Made by a program: the position numbers and the translations under genes
Source of the DNA: SAR324 cluster bacterium
GTDB lineage: Bacteria > SAR324 > XYD2-FULL-50-16
Reading direction: 5' to 3'
Length of the DNA: 64,000 bases
NCBI GenBank assembly: GCA_028282885.1
Contig: JANQGX010000059.1
Location: 64,906-128,905 of the forward strand
Shown here: one piece after another, positions 37,339-47,427 of the stretch
Numbering within the stretch: the stretch's first letter is position 1
How the letters are laid out: the number at the start of each line of letters is the position of its first letter
The notes under the pieces: model-generated
What the model was told of the DNA's origin: nothing
Database searches by the model: none
What the model saw: only the letters and a program-made list of their open reading frames with translations

Positions 37339-39417
37339 ATGTATAAAATAAAAATAGTATGGGTAGTATTGATGCTGGTCAGTGTCACAACGCTGATGTC
37401 TCAGAGTTTTATCCGGCAAAAGGTGCTTGTAGGTCCCCAAAAAGGGGTGATGGATCTGCGTGGCTGGCAGTTTGACAAGGATGGAATGGTCAAACTCAAC
37501 GGAGAATGGGAGTTTTATTGGAAATCATTATATACTCCGACGGATTTTGAAAGGTTTGATCTAACGGACAAGCAGTATGTCCAGGTACCCGGTTATTGGA
37601 ATCGAATGAGTCACAGGGAAGAGATTCTTACCGGTTTCGGATATGCTACCTACCGTCTCACTTTGCTTGTAGATGATCAACCTCAGGAGATGGCTCTAAG
37701 AACCATGGCACAGGTAACATCCAGCAAACTCTGGATCAATGGTGAATTGAAATCTGTTAACGGGGATGTCGCAAATCGTGTTGAAGAAGCGAAACCTTTT
37801 TATCGTCCGCGGGTCGATCATTTTGTCCCAAAAGGAGAAAGGATTGAAATTGTTCTTCAAGTCAGTAATTTCTTTCATCACAAGGGAGGGGTTTGGGGCA
37901 ATATTCAATTGGGGACAAAAGAGCAAATCGATAGAACCGTTCGAACCAAAAGCATAATCGATTTCGTTCTCATTGGGGTTGTCCTGGCAACTGCGATTTA
38001 TCATTTTGGATTGTTTTTCCTGCGTCGCAAAGAATTGTCCTACCTCTATTTCGGCTTCATCTGCCTTATCATTGTGTTGAGAGTCCTGACAACCGGCAAC
38101 CACGAAATTTCAAATTTATTCCCGGAAATCGATTGGTTCCTGCACATCCGTGTTCAGTATTTGGTGTTTCATGTTGGATTGCCTCTATTGGGACTGTTCA
38201 TTTATGAGTTGTTTCCGGACGAATTTCATATCGGTGTTGTAAAAAGTCTCGTCTTGGTTTGCAGTATATTTACCATTGTTGGATTACTGACACCACCAGT
38301 GTTTTTTACGCAAATGATAACCTGGTTTCAAGTGTTGATCGTTCTGTTTTGCCTTTATGTTGTCGTTGTCATGTCGAAAGTAGTGCGGAGGCGAAGAGAA
38401 GGAGCCCGGTTGATTGCTTTTGGATTTTTTTTCTTTTTTTTAACCTGGGTAAACGATATTTTTTACGAACAGGGAGTGATTTGGACATTGAATCTTATTC
38501 CTCTCGGCTATCTAGTCTCCGTATTTTGTCAGTCATTTATGTTGGCAACCCGGTTTTCAAATGCTCTCCAAACGGTTGAAATTCAGGCAAATGAACTGAA
38601 AGCGATCTCGGAAAATCTAGAACGAAAGGTAGAACTTCGCACCGAGGAGTTGAGACAAAAAAACGAAACCATTCAGAAACGTGCAAATGATAGAAAGAAA
38701 TTCATTCATGTTCTATGTCATGATTTAAGTAATCCAATTGGGGGGGCGCGTTCTTTTTTAGAATTGATGAGCGATCCTGACTCTGAGGCTGAGATCTCTG
38801 ATCATAAGAAGGAGTTGGAGAAGATGATGGATCAATGTTTGTCATCGGCAATAGAAATCATCGATCAAACCCGGGAATCGATGGTTTTGGAAGACTACAA
38901 GGCAAGCATGAACATCGAGCGGATTCATTTAAACGAAACAATACGGGAAGCCCTCATCCATCTGGATCATATTGTCAGGCAAAAAGATATATCCATTCAG
39001 GTTGATATTCCCGAATACTTTGTGATTGAGGTCGATCGAATATGTTTTATGAACTCCATATTCAACAATATCATTACAAACGCCATTAAATTCTCATCCA
39101 GAGGAGGTATTATCCGAATCAAATCAGACCATTCTGATTCCGAGATCAGGTTGATCATACAGGACTTCGGTATTGGTATGCCCTCAGAAATTGCTTCCAC
39201 ACTGTTTACCCCCCAGGAAGGAACAAGTCGTCGTGGCACTGAAGGTGAAACCGGAACCGGATTTGGAATGCCCCTGGTGAAACATTTTGTCGAAGTGTTT
39301 GGGGGGACGATTGATGTTGAGTCGTTCGAAGGCTCGGAAAAATCCAATTCTCATGGAACGACCATTTTTATCTCTTTTCCCTTTTCTCCCCCTAGTTTAA
39401 GCTCTCAGCAGTCGTGA
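37339..39417 (+). CDS. 7TMR-DISM sensor histidine kinase (7TMR-DISMED2 extracellular domain, 7TMR-DISM_7TM, HisKA, HATPase_c)
   Basis: Signal peptide. DISMED2 signature (LNGEWEFYWKSLYTPTDF). Seven TM helices between about residues 210-400, including GFFFFFLTWV. H-box (HVLCHDLSNPIGGA) and ATPase boxes (QDFGIGMP, GTGFGMPLV). Confidence 0.85.
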   Translation: MYKIKIVWVVLMLVSVTTLMSQSFIRQKVLVGPQKGVMDLRGWQFDKDGMVKLNGEWEFYWKSLYTPTDFERFDLTDKQYVQVPGYWNRMSHREEILTGFGYATYRLTLLVDDQPQEMALRTMAQVTSSKLWINGELKSVNGDVANRVEEAKPFYRPRVDHFVPKGERIEIVLQVSNFFHHKGGVWGNIQLGTKEQIDRTVRTKSIIDFVLIGVVLATAIYHFGLFFLRRKELSYLYFGFICLIIVLRVLTTGNHEISNLFPEIDWFLHIRVQYLVFHVGLPLLGLFIYELFPDEFHIGVVKSLVLVCSIFTIVGLLTPPVFFTQMITWFQVLIVLFCLYVVVVMSKVVRRRREGARLIAFGFFFFFLTWVNDIFYEQGVIWTLNLIPLGYLVSVFCQSFMLATRFSNALQTVEIQANELKAISENLERKVELRTEELRQKNETIQKRANDRKKFIHVLCHDLSNPIGGARSFLELMSDPDSEAEISDHKKELEKMMDQCLSSAIEIIDQTRESMVLEDYKASMNIERIHLNETIREALIHLDHIVRQKDISIQVDIPEYFVIEVDRICFMNSIFNNIITNAIKFSSRGGIIRIKSDHSDSEIRLIIQDFGIGMPSEIASTLFTPQEGTSRRGTEGETGTGFGMPLVKHFVEVFGGTIDVESFEGSEKSNSHGTTIFISFPFSPPSLSSQQS

Positions 39418-40063
39418 TGCCGTTGAATATGGCGTATTTTGTGAGGTCAGCGATACTATTGGTTCCCAGCTTTTTCATGATGCGGCGACGGTTTTTTTCA
39501 ATCGTGCGGGGAGTAAGGGAAAGGTTTTCTGCTATTTCTTGAATGGAATAGCCATCTGATAACAACTTGAGTACCTCGATTTCCCTTTGGCTAAAATCCG
39601 TTTCTAAACCGGTTGGATCGTGCAAAATGCTATATAAGATTTCCGCCATTGTTGACTCTTTTAAGCTTGGACTTAATACAATTTCAGCCGATGAAACAGC
39701 TTTTTCCAAACCTGCCAGAATTACGGCGACTCTGTCGGTCTTGAGAAAGTAACCCTGAGCTCCCGCCTGCAACGTCTTGATAATTTGTGGCTTTGAATTG
39801 GCGCTGCTTAATGCCAGTATTTTTATGTGTGGATATTTGGTCTTAATTTGTTGTGTGGTTATGATTCCATTTTGATCTGGCAAGCTAATGTCCATAACGA
39901 CCACTTCGACCTGCACGCGATCCAGGAAATCCAAGGCTTCAGTCCCTTTAGTGACATGACCGATCAACTCGAAAACGGCTTGATGTTTGTCCAGAGCCAT
40001 CCGGAACAGGTCTCCGATTACGTGGTGATCATCTACCAACAAGAGTTTCTTTCTTTTTTTCAT
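39392..40063 (-). CDS. NarL/LuxR-family response regulator (REC plus LuxR-type HTH)
   Basis: Receiver domain (KLLLVDDHHVIGD...VVMDISLPDQNG). LuxR HTH (REIEVLKLLSDGYSIQEIAENLSLTPRTIEKNRRRIMKKLG). Its 3' end overlaps the convergent kinase gene by 26 nt. Confidence 0.9.
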   Translation of the reverse strand: MKKRKKLLLVDDHHVIGDLFRMALDKHQAVFELIGHVTKGTEALDFLDRVQVEVVVMDISLPDQNGIITTQQIKTKYPHIKILALSSANSKPQIIKTLQAGAQGYFLKTDRVAVILAGLEKAVSSAEIVLSPSLKESTMAEILYSILHDPTGLETDFSQREIEVLKLLSDGYSIQEIAENLSLTPRTIEKNRRRIMKKLGTNSIADLTKYAIFNGITTAESLN

Positions 40064-40289
40064 GTGTTAATGGGAAGAAACGCAAAATGTCGCGGAGCGG
40101 TTGATGTTAATGAAAAGAAAACATCGCCAACATATCAAACTTAATTAACAAAGCCAATATCTACCGGCTTGGATATGGATCTGCAGATCCTGTCAAACCT
40201 ATAAACGAGTTCGCCGGGCTACCGCAGAAGACAATCTCATTACTTGGTACATGAACGGGCTGAAATAAGAAAAATGCCAGTCCATCACC

Positions 40290-40963
40290 TCAGTTTGGGT
40301 CGGAGTTTAATCTTGGCAATGGGATGAGATGGTATGAATGGATCATGAGAATCCGGATTTTTGAAGCCGGCAAGATGTTTTCGCTTATTGTGAAATTTGC
40401 GTTCGAAATACTGTGAAAACGCAGGTCGGTTTTGGTTTTCAGGTATTCCGGCATGATTTCAAAGGTTCGTGTCAGGGAAGCTTTGTCCTTGACGAAATAG
40501 GCGGAGCAATCATAATTGGTGAACATCTATTTATGGGGATTGAAGACAAAACTGTCCGCATTTTCAATGCCATTAATCATCCACCTGTACTCGGGTAAAA
40601 CCAGGGCTGTACCTGAAAAAGCGGCATCGATATGCAGCCAGATTCCGAATTCCTTACATATCCTGGGAATCTCTTCCAGGGGATCGACAGCGGTTGTGCT
40701 TGTCGACCCAAGAGTGGCGATAACGCAGACTGGCTTCATTTGCCTGGACAGATCTTTCAGTATCGCTGATTCGAGTTGTTGGAGATCCATTCGCAACTCT
40801 TCATCAACTCACTTTGCTCCGGGGCAGAATCGGGCAGTTTGGCATAGACCTCTTGCGGAGTCACCTTGGACTTAACCGGATACTCTTCAATCTTTTCGAA
40901 ACAGTCTGCCATCCAGTCGACAATTTCGTGTGCTGATTTTCTAAATTCTTTATTGTCAATCAT
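40290..40963 (-). pseudogene. Degraded PLP-dependent group-II decarboxylase gene (aromatic-L-amino-acid / tyrosine decarboxylase-like). Three fragments with frameshifts and a large internal deletion.
   Basis: Fragment 40757-40963 (MIDNKEFRKSAHEIVDWMADCFEKIEEYPV...) matches the DDC N-terminus. Fragment 40527-40796 (...VCVIATLGSTSTTAVDPLEEIPRICKEFGIWLHIDAAFSGTALVLPEYRWMINGIENADSFVFNPHK) contains the PLP-lysine NPHK motif. Fragment 40290-40526 (NYDCSAYFVKD...PEYLK) matches the segment after NPHKW. About 160 codons are missing between fragments 1 and 2. Confidence 0.68.
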
Positions 40964-41076
40964 CTTTTGTTTTTTCTGTCATGGAAACCGGACCGTTCAC
41001 TTCTTTAAGGCGTTCAATCTCTTATTGTATTGTTATGGAGAAAACCTGTTTAAGAAGTCCGGAAGAGGAAACACAA

Positions 41077-42942
41077 TCACAGTGAATCCGACTCCAAGTC
41101 ATCAAGAGCAGTTTTGTCGGGTTTTCCGGTTTTGGGGTTCCATTTCATTTCCTTGAAAAAACTATTCTTTATGGCCGCATAATCGAGAACCTGACCTTTA
41201 CCGGGTCCAACCTTGAGAGCCTTCTCAAATCTTCCAGGCAGCTTGAAGGTGTCAGGCTTTATTCCTTCCCTTGCGTTAAAAGCCTGGCGGATATTTAAAA
41301 TTCTTCTTCCTGTATTCAACCCCTCTTCCCAGTCGATATCCCAGCCTGTTATCGGTGCAAGCAGTTCCAGTATCGGGATGACCATCTGGATAGCAAACAA
41401 TCCGCACAATCCCCCTGAACTCAACAATTGAAAATAGGCTGATCCGGCAACATACATGGGGCCTTTTTTATCATAATCCGCATAAACATCCAACAGAGGA
41501 GATCTAAGCAGCGGGTGATTTCCTATGTCTGCACCGTTCTCTAAAAGATCTGCCCCCTGGGGTCCTATGTGATGTCCCGGTTCAGGGTCACAGAGGTAAA
41601 TGGCACTGCGAGCCGGAGAAAGCCTGGGATCATGAAACGATAATCTGTGACCTCCCACGTGCATGGCAAATGCTTCGGATCCTCCACCGATTTTCTCGGA
41701 AGCTTTTTTCACTCCCTGTGCCAACAACTTTCCGATTCCTTCCTGCCTGGCTATCATTTCTATCAACTTGACGACAGTATCACCGTCCCCCCATTTCAAT
41801 TCAAGGCCATCGGTATCTCCGGTATCAATCAGACCGTTTTCAAAACACTCAAAGGCAAATGCAACCGCGCCCCCTGCTGCAATCGTATCAAGACCGTAAC
41901 GATTACAGATTTCGTTAGCCTTGATGACAGATTCCACGTTGTCGTTCAGGCATATTGTACCCATGCCGGCAAGGGTTTCGTATTCAGGCCGATGAATCTC
42001 TTCTTTGGTCTTGAATCGCCCTTCGGTAAGATCTATTAATGCACCACAGCGAATTGTACAGTTGTGGCAACCATATTTTTTTAGCTTATAGACATCCATC
42101 TTTGCTGAATTGAGATTTTCGCTGGTCGGCATGGCATCTGTTCCGGCTGTTGACCAGTTTTTAACGGGGCAATCGCCGATTGAAACCAGAAAACTGGTTC
42201 CGCCACCGGTTCCATCTTTGGAGAGTCCTTTATGGAAATTACTTTCCCTGATATCCTTGGCAAAGCCTTTCACTACCTCATTCAGTTTTTTCCGATCAGC
42301 TACCTCAAGCTTTCTTCTGCTTGTACTACCGACTACCACTGCCTTGAGAAGTTTTGAGCCCATAACTGCTCCGACTCCTCCCCGTGCGGCGATTCTTCCT
42401 TTTTCATTGACAATTCCCGATATCAGGGACAACTTTTCGCCGGACGGTCCGATGCAGGCTACCCTGCAGGTGCGGTTACCTGTTTCTTCCTGAATCAAAT
42501 CGTCGGTGTCACTGGTATCCTTACCCCAGAGATGAGTTGCACTACGAAAGGAGACTTCATCATCGAAAATCGTGACATAAACCGGTTCACTGGAAATCCC
42601 TGAAAAAAATACGGCGTCATATCCACACTTTTTTAATTCCGGTCCCCAGAATCCCCCGGAGTTGGCATCAGCACAACCGCCTGTAACAGGAGATTTTGTA
42701 ACGACCGTGTATCGCCCCCCTCCTGGAACACCGGTACCGGTTAACGGACCGGTCACAAATCCGAGCAGGTTTTCCGGGCCAAAAGTATCGACATGAGGAG
42801 AAATCTGATCATATAAAACCTTAGTTCCCAGACCCGCTCCACCCAGGTATTTTCGATAAAACCGTTCTTCCGGTTTTATCTCTTCAGTTGTCCTGTTTGC
42901 CAGATCTACAAACAGAATCTTTCCAGCGTACCCATAATTCAT
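41077..42942 (-). CDS. aor: Aldehyde:ferredoxin oxidoreductase (tungsten/molybdopterin AOR family)
   Basis: AOR N-terminal domain (MNYGYAGKILFVDLANRT...YLGGAGLGTKVLYDQ...GPLTGTGVPGGGRYTVVTKSPVTGG). [4Fe-4S] Cys ligands (CHNCTIRCG). The length, 621 aa, is typical. Confidence 0.9.
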   Translation of the reverse strand: MNYGYAGKILFVDLANRTTEEIKPEERFYRKYLGGAGLGTKVLYDQISPHVDTFGPENLLGFVTGPLTGTGVPGGGRYTVVTKSPVTGGCADANSGGFWGPELKKCGYDAVFFSGISSEPVYVTIFDDEVSFRSATHLWGKDTSDTDDLIQEETGNRTCRVACIGPSGEKLSLISGIVNEKGRIAARGGVGAVMGSKLLKAVVVGSTSRRKLEVADRKKLNEVVKGFAKDIRESNFHKGLSKDGTGGGTSFLVSIGDCPVKNWSTAGTDAMPTSENLNSAKMDVYKLKKYGCHNCTIRCGALIDLTEGRFKTKEEIHRPEYETLAGMGTICLNDNVESVIKANEICNRYGLDTIAAGGAVAFAFECFENGLIDTGDTDGLELKWGDGDTVVKLIEMIARQEGIGKLLAQGVKKASEKIGGGSEAFAMHVGGHRLSFHDPRLSPARSAIYLCDPEPGHHIGPQGADLLENGADIGNHPLLRSPLLDVYADYDKKGPMYVAGSAYFQLLSSGGLCGLFAIQMVIPILELLAPITGWDIDWEEGLNTGRRILNIRQAFNAREGIKPDTFKLPGRFEKALKVGPGKGQVLDYAAIKNSFFKEMKWNPKTGKPDKTALDDLESDSL

Positions 42943-43065
42943 GACCTATTCCTTTTTATTATTGAATATACCCCGGTCAGACTACATTTAGTCGACGTCA
43001 TCTCCCTTCCTTGCTCATTGGAAATGAATCTGAACCCGGCTTTTCCATGGGGAAAGCTGGGTTAA

Positions 43066-43099
43066 AAAACTTATTGTCTGATGTCTGATAATAAGTTTT
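43066..43099. promoter_or_regulatory. Perfect 10-bp inverted repeat (AAAACTTATT / AATAAGTTTT) flanking a tandem 7-bp direct repeat (GTCTGAT GTCTGAT). A candidate operator upstream of aor.
   Basis: Read directly: aaaacttatt-gtctgatgtctgat-aataagtttt. It lies 124-157 nt upstream of the aor start, in the phoR-aor intergenic region. Confidence 0.3.
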
Positions 43100-43199
43100 A
43101 TAAACATCCAACCTGAATGTCAATTTTTTAATAATGGAGGATGGTAAATAATGCGGATATCCTTTTAGAGGAGAGGTGCGGCCCTCTCCTGCAAAGCGG

Positions 43200-44978
43200 T
43201 TATGCGTTAGGCAGGTGAATAGAAAAGGTGCTTCCTTTTCCCTGGACAGTATGGACAGAGACTCTTCCGGAATGAAGCTGGGCGATGTGCTTGACAATAG
43301 CCAATCCCAGGCCGGTTCCTCCCAATTCCCGGCTTCGTGCCTTGTCTGCCCGGTAAAACCGTTCGAACAGTCTTGGCAGGTGTTTTTTATGAATACCGGG
43401 ACCCTGATCATGGATGCTGATGAACATTTCCGCATGATCGGTACCTACCTCAATTCGAACCTGGCTGCTTTCGTTGCTGTATTTCACAGCGTTGTCTAAT
43501 AGATTAACGATAGCCTGCTCCAAAAGGGTTCTGTCAATTTTTACTTTGAGTTCTGCATCACAATCGAGTTCTAATGAAATATTTTTTTCATCTGCTTTGG
43601 ATTGCAGCAATTGGATAGCAGTTTCAATAACGTTTCGGATCTCCTTCTGCTCAAGCCTGGTTTCTATTTTTTCGTCCAGTTTTTCGATACGGGCCAGGGA
43701 AAGAAGGTCTTCAATTATCGCATTAAGACGATCAACATGTCGACTGATGATTTTCATGAACCTCAGGGATTCATCCGGATTTTCCGTGAGAGATCCGTTA
43801 ATCAGGGTTTCCACAAAACCCTTGATGGTGGTGAGCGGTGTTTTCAGCTCGTGAGAAACATTGGCCACAAAATCTTTCCTGATATCTTCCAGAAGTCGGA
43901 GCCTGGTGACATCGTTTAAAACCAGCAAGGCTCCGATGTTCAGGTTATCCGCATTGAACAGGGGAAGACTCTTCAGGTTCAAAACACGGTCGCTGTCATG
44001 ATGTACGGTAATATCCTGTTCCAACGGAGCTTTTTTGGAAAGCGTCACCGCGACCTGTTTTTGCAGTTCAGAATTGCGGATCATCTCCTGGATGCTTTGA
44101 TGCTTCAGATTGACGGAGTCTATCGCCAGCATTTCCATGGCGGCCTGGTTGATACTGAGGATACGTTCCTGCGTGTCAACTGCTATCACACCCTCGATCA
44201 TACTGGAGAGAACAGCTTCATATTCGTTTCTTTGGTTAACGATGGTCTTGATCCTGTTTTCCAACTGAGAGGCCATGTCGTTCATGGACTCTGCCAAGCT
44301 GGCCAGCTCCAGGGTATCCGGAATGGGCAGGTAATAGTTCAGGTCACCCCTGGCATAGTGCTCGGCTCCGATTCTCATTTCCTCTACGGGTCTGGTAATG
44401 CGTCGTGAGAGAATCAGGGCCAGGATGGAAGCCAGGAGAGCTGTCAGAATCCCCCAAAAGAGGCGCTCCTTGAGAATGGCGTTAAGTTCGTCTTCAATGG
44501 AAGTAATGGGCACCGAAGTCCTGATGACAGCATCTATGTTGTCACCGGATTTAACAGGGATAGCAACATACATCATATTCTGGGAAAGGGTCCCGCTGTA
44601 ACGAATGGAGGAGCCGACGCCGCCTTTCAAAGCTTCGGATATTTCAGGTCTGTTTTTATGATTGTCCATGAAATCGGGATTCTCATCGGAATCTCCCACC
44701 ACTTTACCGTCAGGCAAAATGACGGTGATACGCGTAACCACCGCTTTTCCCAGGCTGTTACAAAGCTCTTTGATTGCCTTGGGATCAAGCGGCGATAACA
44801 AGGCTGAAACCTTGTCCTCGATTAGAAAAGCCTGTGTTTTCAGGTCTTTTTCCGATTGATTCAGGAAGAACTTTCGAATGGAGTTCGAAGTATATCCCGT
44901 GACTGAGATCAGTGAGACAACGATGATCAGAAGAAAGGAAGGATAGATACGCCAGATCAGTTTTCTATTTTTTGTCAT
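43200..44978 (-). CDS. phoR: Phosphate regulon sensor histidine kinase PhoR-like (two TM helices with periplasmic loop, HAMP, PAS, HisKA, HATPase_c)
   Basis: TM1 and TM2 bracket an about 150-aa loop. PAS domain. H-box (VSHELKTPLTTIKGF). ATPase boxes ([16 protein letters not shown]). It is the last gene of the pst-phoU-phoB-phoR block and overlaps phoB by 14 nt. Confidence 0.8.
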   Translation of the reverse strand: MTKNRKLIWRIYPSFLLIIVVSLISVTGYTSNSIRKFFLNQSEKDLKTQAFLIEDKVSALLSPLDPKAIKELCNSLGKAVVTRITVILPDGKVVGDSDENPDFMDNHKNRPEISEALKGGVGSSIRYSGTLSQNMMYVAIPVKSGDNIDAVIRTSVPITSIEDELNAILKERLFWGILTALLASILALILSRRITRPVEEMRIGAEHYARGDLNYYLPIPDTLELASLAESMNDMASQLENRIKTIVNQRNEYEAVLSSMIEGVIAVDTQERILSINQAAMEMLAIDSVNLKHQSIQEMIRNSELQKQVAVTLSKKAPLEQDITVHHDSDRVLNLKSLPLFNADNLNIGALLVLNDVTRLRLLEDIRKDFVANVSHELKTPLTTIKGFVETLINGSLTENPDESLRFMKIISRHVDRLNAIIEDLLSLARIEKLDEKIETRLEQKEIRNVIETAIQLLQSKADEKNISLELDCDAELKVKIDRTLLEQAIVNLLDNAVKYSNESSQVRIEVGTDHAEMFISIHDQGPGIHKKHLPRLFERFYRADKARSRELGGTGLGLAIVKHIAQLHSGRVSVHTVQGKGSTFSIHLPNA

Positions 44979-45669
44979 GATCTTCTTCTACTAAACGATA
45001 ACCCACACCACGCACGGTCTGGATGAGTTTTCCATAGGAGCCGAGTTTTTTTCGGAGACCGACGATCTGCACATCAACACTTCGGTCGGTGACATAGTAG
45101 TCCGTTCCCCTGACCGCATCGACGATTTGAGACCGGGTTGCCACCCATCCCGGTTTTTTAGCCAGGTGATAAAGAACCTGGAATTCGGTATAGGTCAGGG
45201 CGATTAACTTTCCATCAACGGAAACTTCCCGTCTGCCGGGATGAATCACCATCTTATGTATGTCGATGATTTCTTCCGCTTCTGTCGGGGCAATGCCCTT
45301 TCTGCGCAGCATGGCCTTTACACGTGCCAGCAGGATTCTCGGAGAGAAGGGTTTGGTAATATAGTCATCGGCACCCAGTTCAAGGCCGGTGACTATATCG
45401 GCCTCTTCACCCTTGGCGGTGAGCATAATAATGGGAATATTGGAGGTGGCCTGATTGTTTTTGATAATCCTGGTGATTTCCAGCCCGTCAATACCTGGCA
45501 ACATGAGGTCAAGAACCATCAGATCGAATTTTATCGAATCAATTTTTTTGAGAACCTCCTCGCCCGTAGTCACGGAAATCGTTTTGTATCCTTCCCGGGT
45601 CAGGTTGTATCTCAGCAGTTCCAGAATGTCTTCTTCATCGTCGACGAGAAGAATCGTCTCGTGGCTCAT
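44965..45669 (-). CDS. phoB: OmpR/PhoB-family response regulator
   Basis: REC domain (ILLVDDEEDILELL...LDLMLPGIDG) plus a winged-helix Trans_reg_C domain (LTYTEFQVLYHLAKKPGWVATRSQIV...VDVQIVGLRKKL). It starts 3 nt after the phoU stop. Confidence 0.85.
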   Translation of the reverse strand: MSHETILLVDDEEDILELLRYNLTREGYKTISVTTGEEVLKKIDSIKFDLMVLDLMLPGIDGLEITRIIKNNQATSNIPIIMLTAKGEEADIVTGLELGADDYITKPFSPRILLARVKAMLRRKGIAPTEAEEIIDIHKMVIHPGRREVSVDGKLIALTYTEFQVLYHLAKKPGWVATRSQIVDAVRGTDYYVTDRSVDVQIVGLRKKLGSYGKLIQTVRGVGYRLVEEDHDKK

Positions 45670-45671
45670 AA

Positions 45672-46343
45672 TTATTTTTTAACGTTGTTTGGTTTCCTGT
45701 GCCGGACAATCTCTCCATCGATGAGATGGATGACTTCTTCGGCAATGTTGGTGGTATGGTCTGCCAACCGTTCCAGATGCCTGGAGATCAGAAACAGGTT
45801 CAGCAGAAAACCCAGGCAGTGACGATTCTCATGCATCGCCTCTTTGAACTCATCATAAGCCTGGTTTTGAAACCGGTCGACTTCGTCATCCATGGTCAGA
45901 ACTTCGTATGCAAGCTCGCTATCCAGGTTGATCAGGGAATCCAGACTTTTTGATAGCATTTCCTGCGCTTTCTGTGCCATTTCCGAATAGTCGAAAGAGA
46001 AATCACACCGGTTTTGTTTACTGATGACGACCACCCTTTCAGCGATATTGACCGCCTGATCGCCAATTCTTTCCAAATCGTTGTTGATTTTGATGACAGC
46101 AATCAGAAATCTGAGGTCGACTGCAACCGGTTGGTGAAGTGCCATAATTTTAAGGCATTCCTCCTCGATCTCCACCTCTTTACTGTCAATCTCCAGGTCC
46201 TTTTCGATGATTTCCAGGGCAAGATCCGAATCGATATCCTCAATGGCTTTTACCGCCATGTTAACCCGCTCTTCAACGATAGCGCTGAGCGAAAGAATCA
46301 TTTTCTTGATTTTGTCCAGTTCGTTATGAAAATGCTTGGTCAT
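45672..46343 (-). CDS. phoU: Phosphate transport system regulator PhoU
   Basis: Duplicated PhoU helical domains (two ...NNDLERIGDQAVNIAE... / ...ISRHLERLADHTTNIAE... blocks), 223 aa. Confidence 0.9.
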   Translation of the reverse strand: MTKHFHNELDKIKKMILSLSAIVEERVNMAVKAIEDIDSDLALEIIEKDLEIDSKEVEIEEECLKIMALHQPVAVDLRFLIAVIKINNDLERIGDQAVNIAERVVVISKQNRCDFSFDYSEMAQKAQEMLSKSLDSLINLDSELAYEVLTMDDEVDRFQNQAYDEFKEAMHENRHCLGFLLNLFLISRHLERLADHTTNIAEEVIHLIDGEIVRHRKPNNVKK

Positions 46344-46590
46344 TTTAATTCCCTTTTGTGAGAGAAGAATAACATAGATCCCGCCGGGGATATATGATTC
46401 AAAAACCTGAGGTGCGAGACACTCGGCATCGAACCACAGGAGGTTTTCAGGGATCTAATTGGCGATAAAGTCGGATGCGGAGCGTTGTGTACCCTGTTTT
46501 GTATGGCGAATCTCCTGGTGGTTGCATTTTGGAGACATTAAGTAAGACTTACCTCCGATTTCCCTGAGTTCAATCGGTTTCTTTCAGAGA

Positions 46591-47412
46591 CTAGCCGAAT
46601 CTTCCGGTAACGTAATCCTGTGTCTTCTGGCTACCCGGTTTGGTGAAAACGGTTTGGGTTTTACCGTATTCGATGATTTTTCCCAGGTACATGAAGGCGG
46701 TATTGTCCGAAACCCTTGCTGCCTGCTGCATGTTGTGAGTCACAATCACGATGGTGAATTTCCCCCGCAACTCGTTGATCAGATCCTCAATCTTGATAGT
46801 GGCCAAGGGATCCAGTGCCGAACAGGGTTCATCCATCAAAAGAACATCAGGTTCAGCGGCAATAGCCCTGGCAATACAAAGACGCTGTTGCTGGCCTCCG
46901 GAAAGACCAAGGGCATTTTCCTTAAGCCGGTCCTTGACCTCATCCCAAAGCGCAGCGCCTTTGAGTGTTCTTTCCACTGTTTCTGCCAATACATTCTTGT
47001 CCCTGACGCCGTCAACCTTAAGCGGATAGGTCACGTTTTCCGCGATTGACATGGGAAAAGGATTGGGTTTTTGAAAAACCATACCCATCCGTTTGCGAAG
47101 ACTGATAACATCTATATTTTTATCAAAAATATTCTGACTATTCAAACAGATCCGACCACCGGTGCGCAATCCTTCAATCAGGTCGTTCATCCGATTCAGG
47201 GAACGTAGCAGGGTCGACTTCCCGCAACCTGAGGGGCCAATCAGGGCCGTAACCAGCCCTTTCTGGATATCGATTCTGTTATTGAAAAGCGCTTGTTTAT
47301 CACCATACCAGAGCGAGAAATCATCAATTTCGATAACGGTGCCTTCAGGACCTTCCTGAAAGTGATAGACGGTCTCTTCAGTCTCGTTATTTAATTCAAC
47401 TAGTTGGTCCAT
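46591..47412 (-). CDS. pstB: Phosphate ABC transporter ATP-binding protein PstB
   Basis: Walker A (GPSGCGKST), ABC signature (LSGGQQQRL), Walker B ([11 protein letters not shown]), and the PstB-specific N-terminus ([11 protein letters not shown]). Confidence 0.92.
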   Translation of the reverse strand: MDQLVELNNETEETVYHFQEGPEGTVIEIDDFSLWYGDKQALFNNRIDIQKGLVTALIGPSGCGKSTLLRSLNRMNDLIEGLRTGGRICLNSQNIFDKNIDVISLRKRMGMVFQKPNPFPMSIAENVTYPLKVDGVRDKNVLAETVERTLKGAALWDEVKDRLKENALGLSGGQQQRLCIARAIAAEPDVLLMDEPCSALDPLATIKIEDLINELRGKFTIVIVTHNMQQAARVSDNTAFMYLGKIIEYGKTQTVFTKPGSQKTQDYVTGRFG

Positions 47413-47427
47413 ATTATGTCATCTCTT

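Noticed and set aside
43171-43192. 7-bp GC-rich hairpin (GGAGAGG-tgcggcc-CCTCTCC) right after the phoR stop
   Set aside because: It looks like a terminator stem but lacks a U-run on the phoR strand. It could still be a rho-dependent or structural element, but I could not support it as an intrinsic terminator.
42998-43435. 145-aa minus-strand ORF overlapping the 3' end of phoR
   Set aside because: It overlaps the C-terminal ATPase domain of phoR in another frame and has no RBS or motif, so it is probably spurious.
45241-45822. 193-aa plus-strand ORF across phoB/phoU
   Set aside because: It is antisense to two strongly supported genes (phoB, phoU), so it is a shadow ORF.
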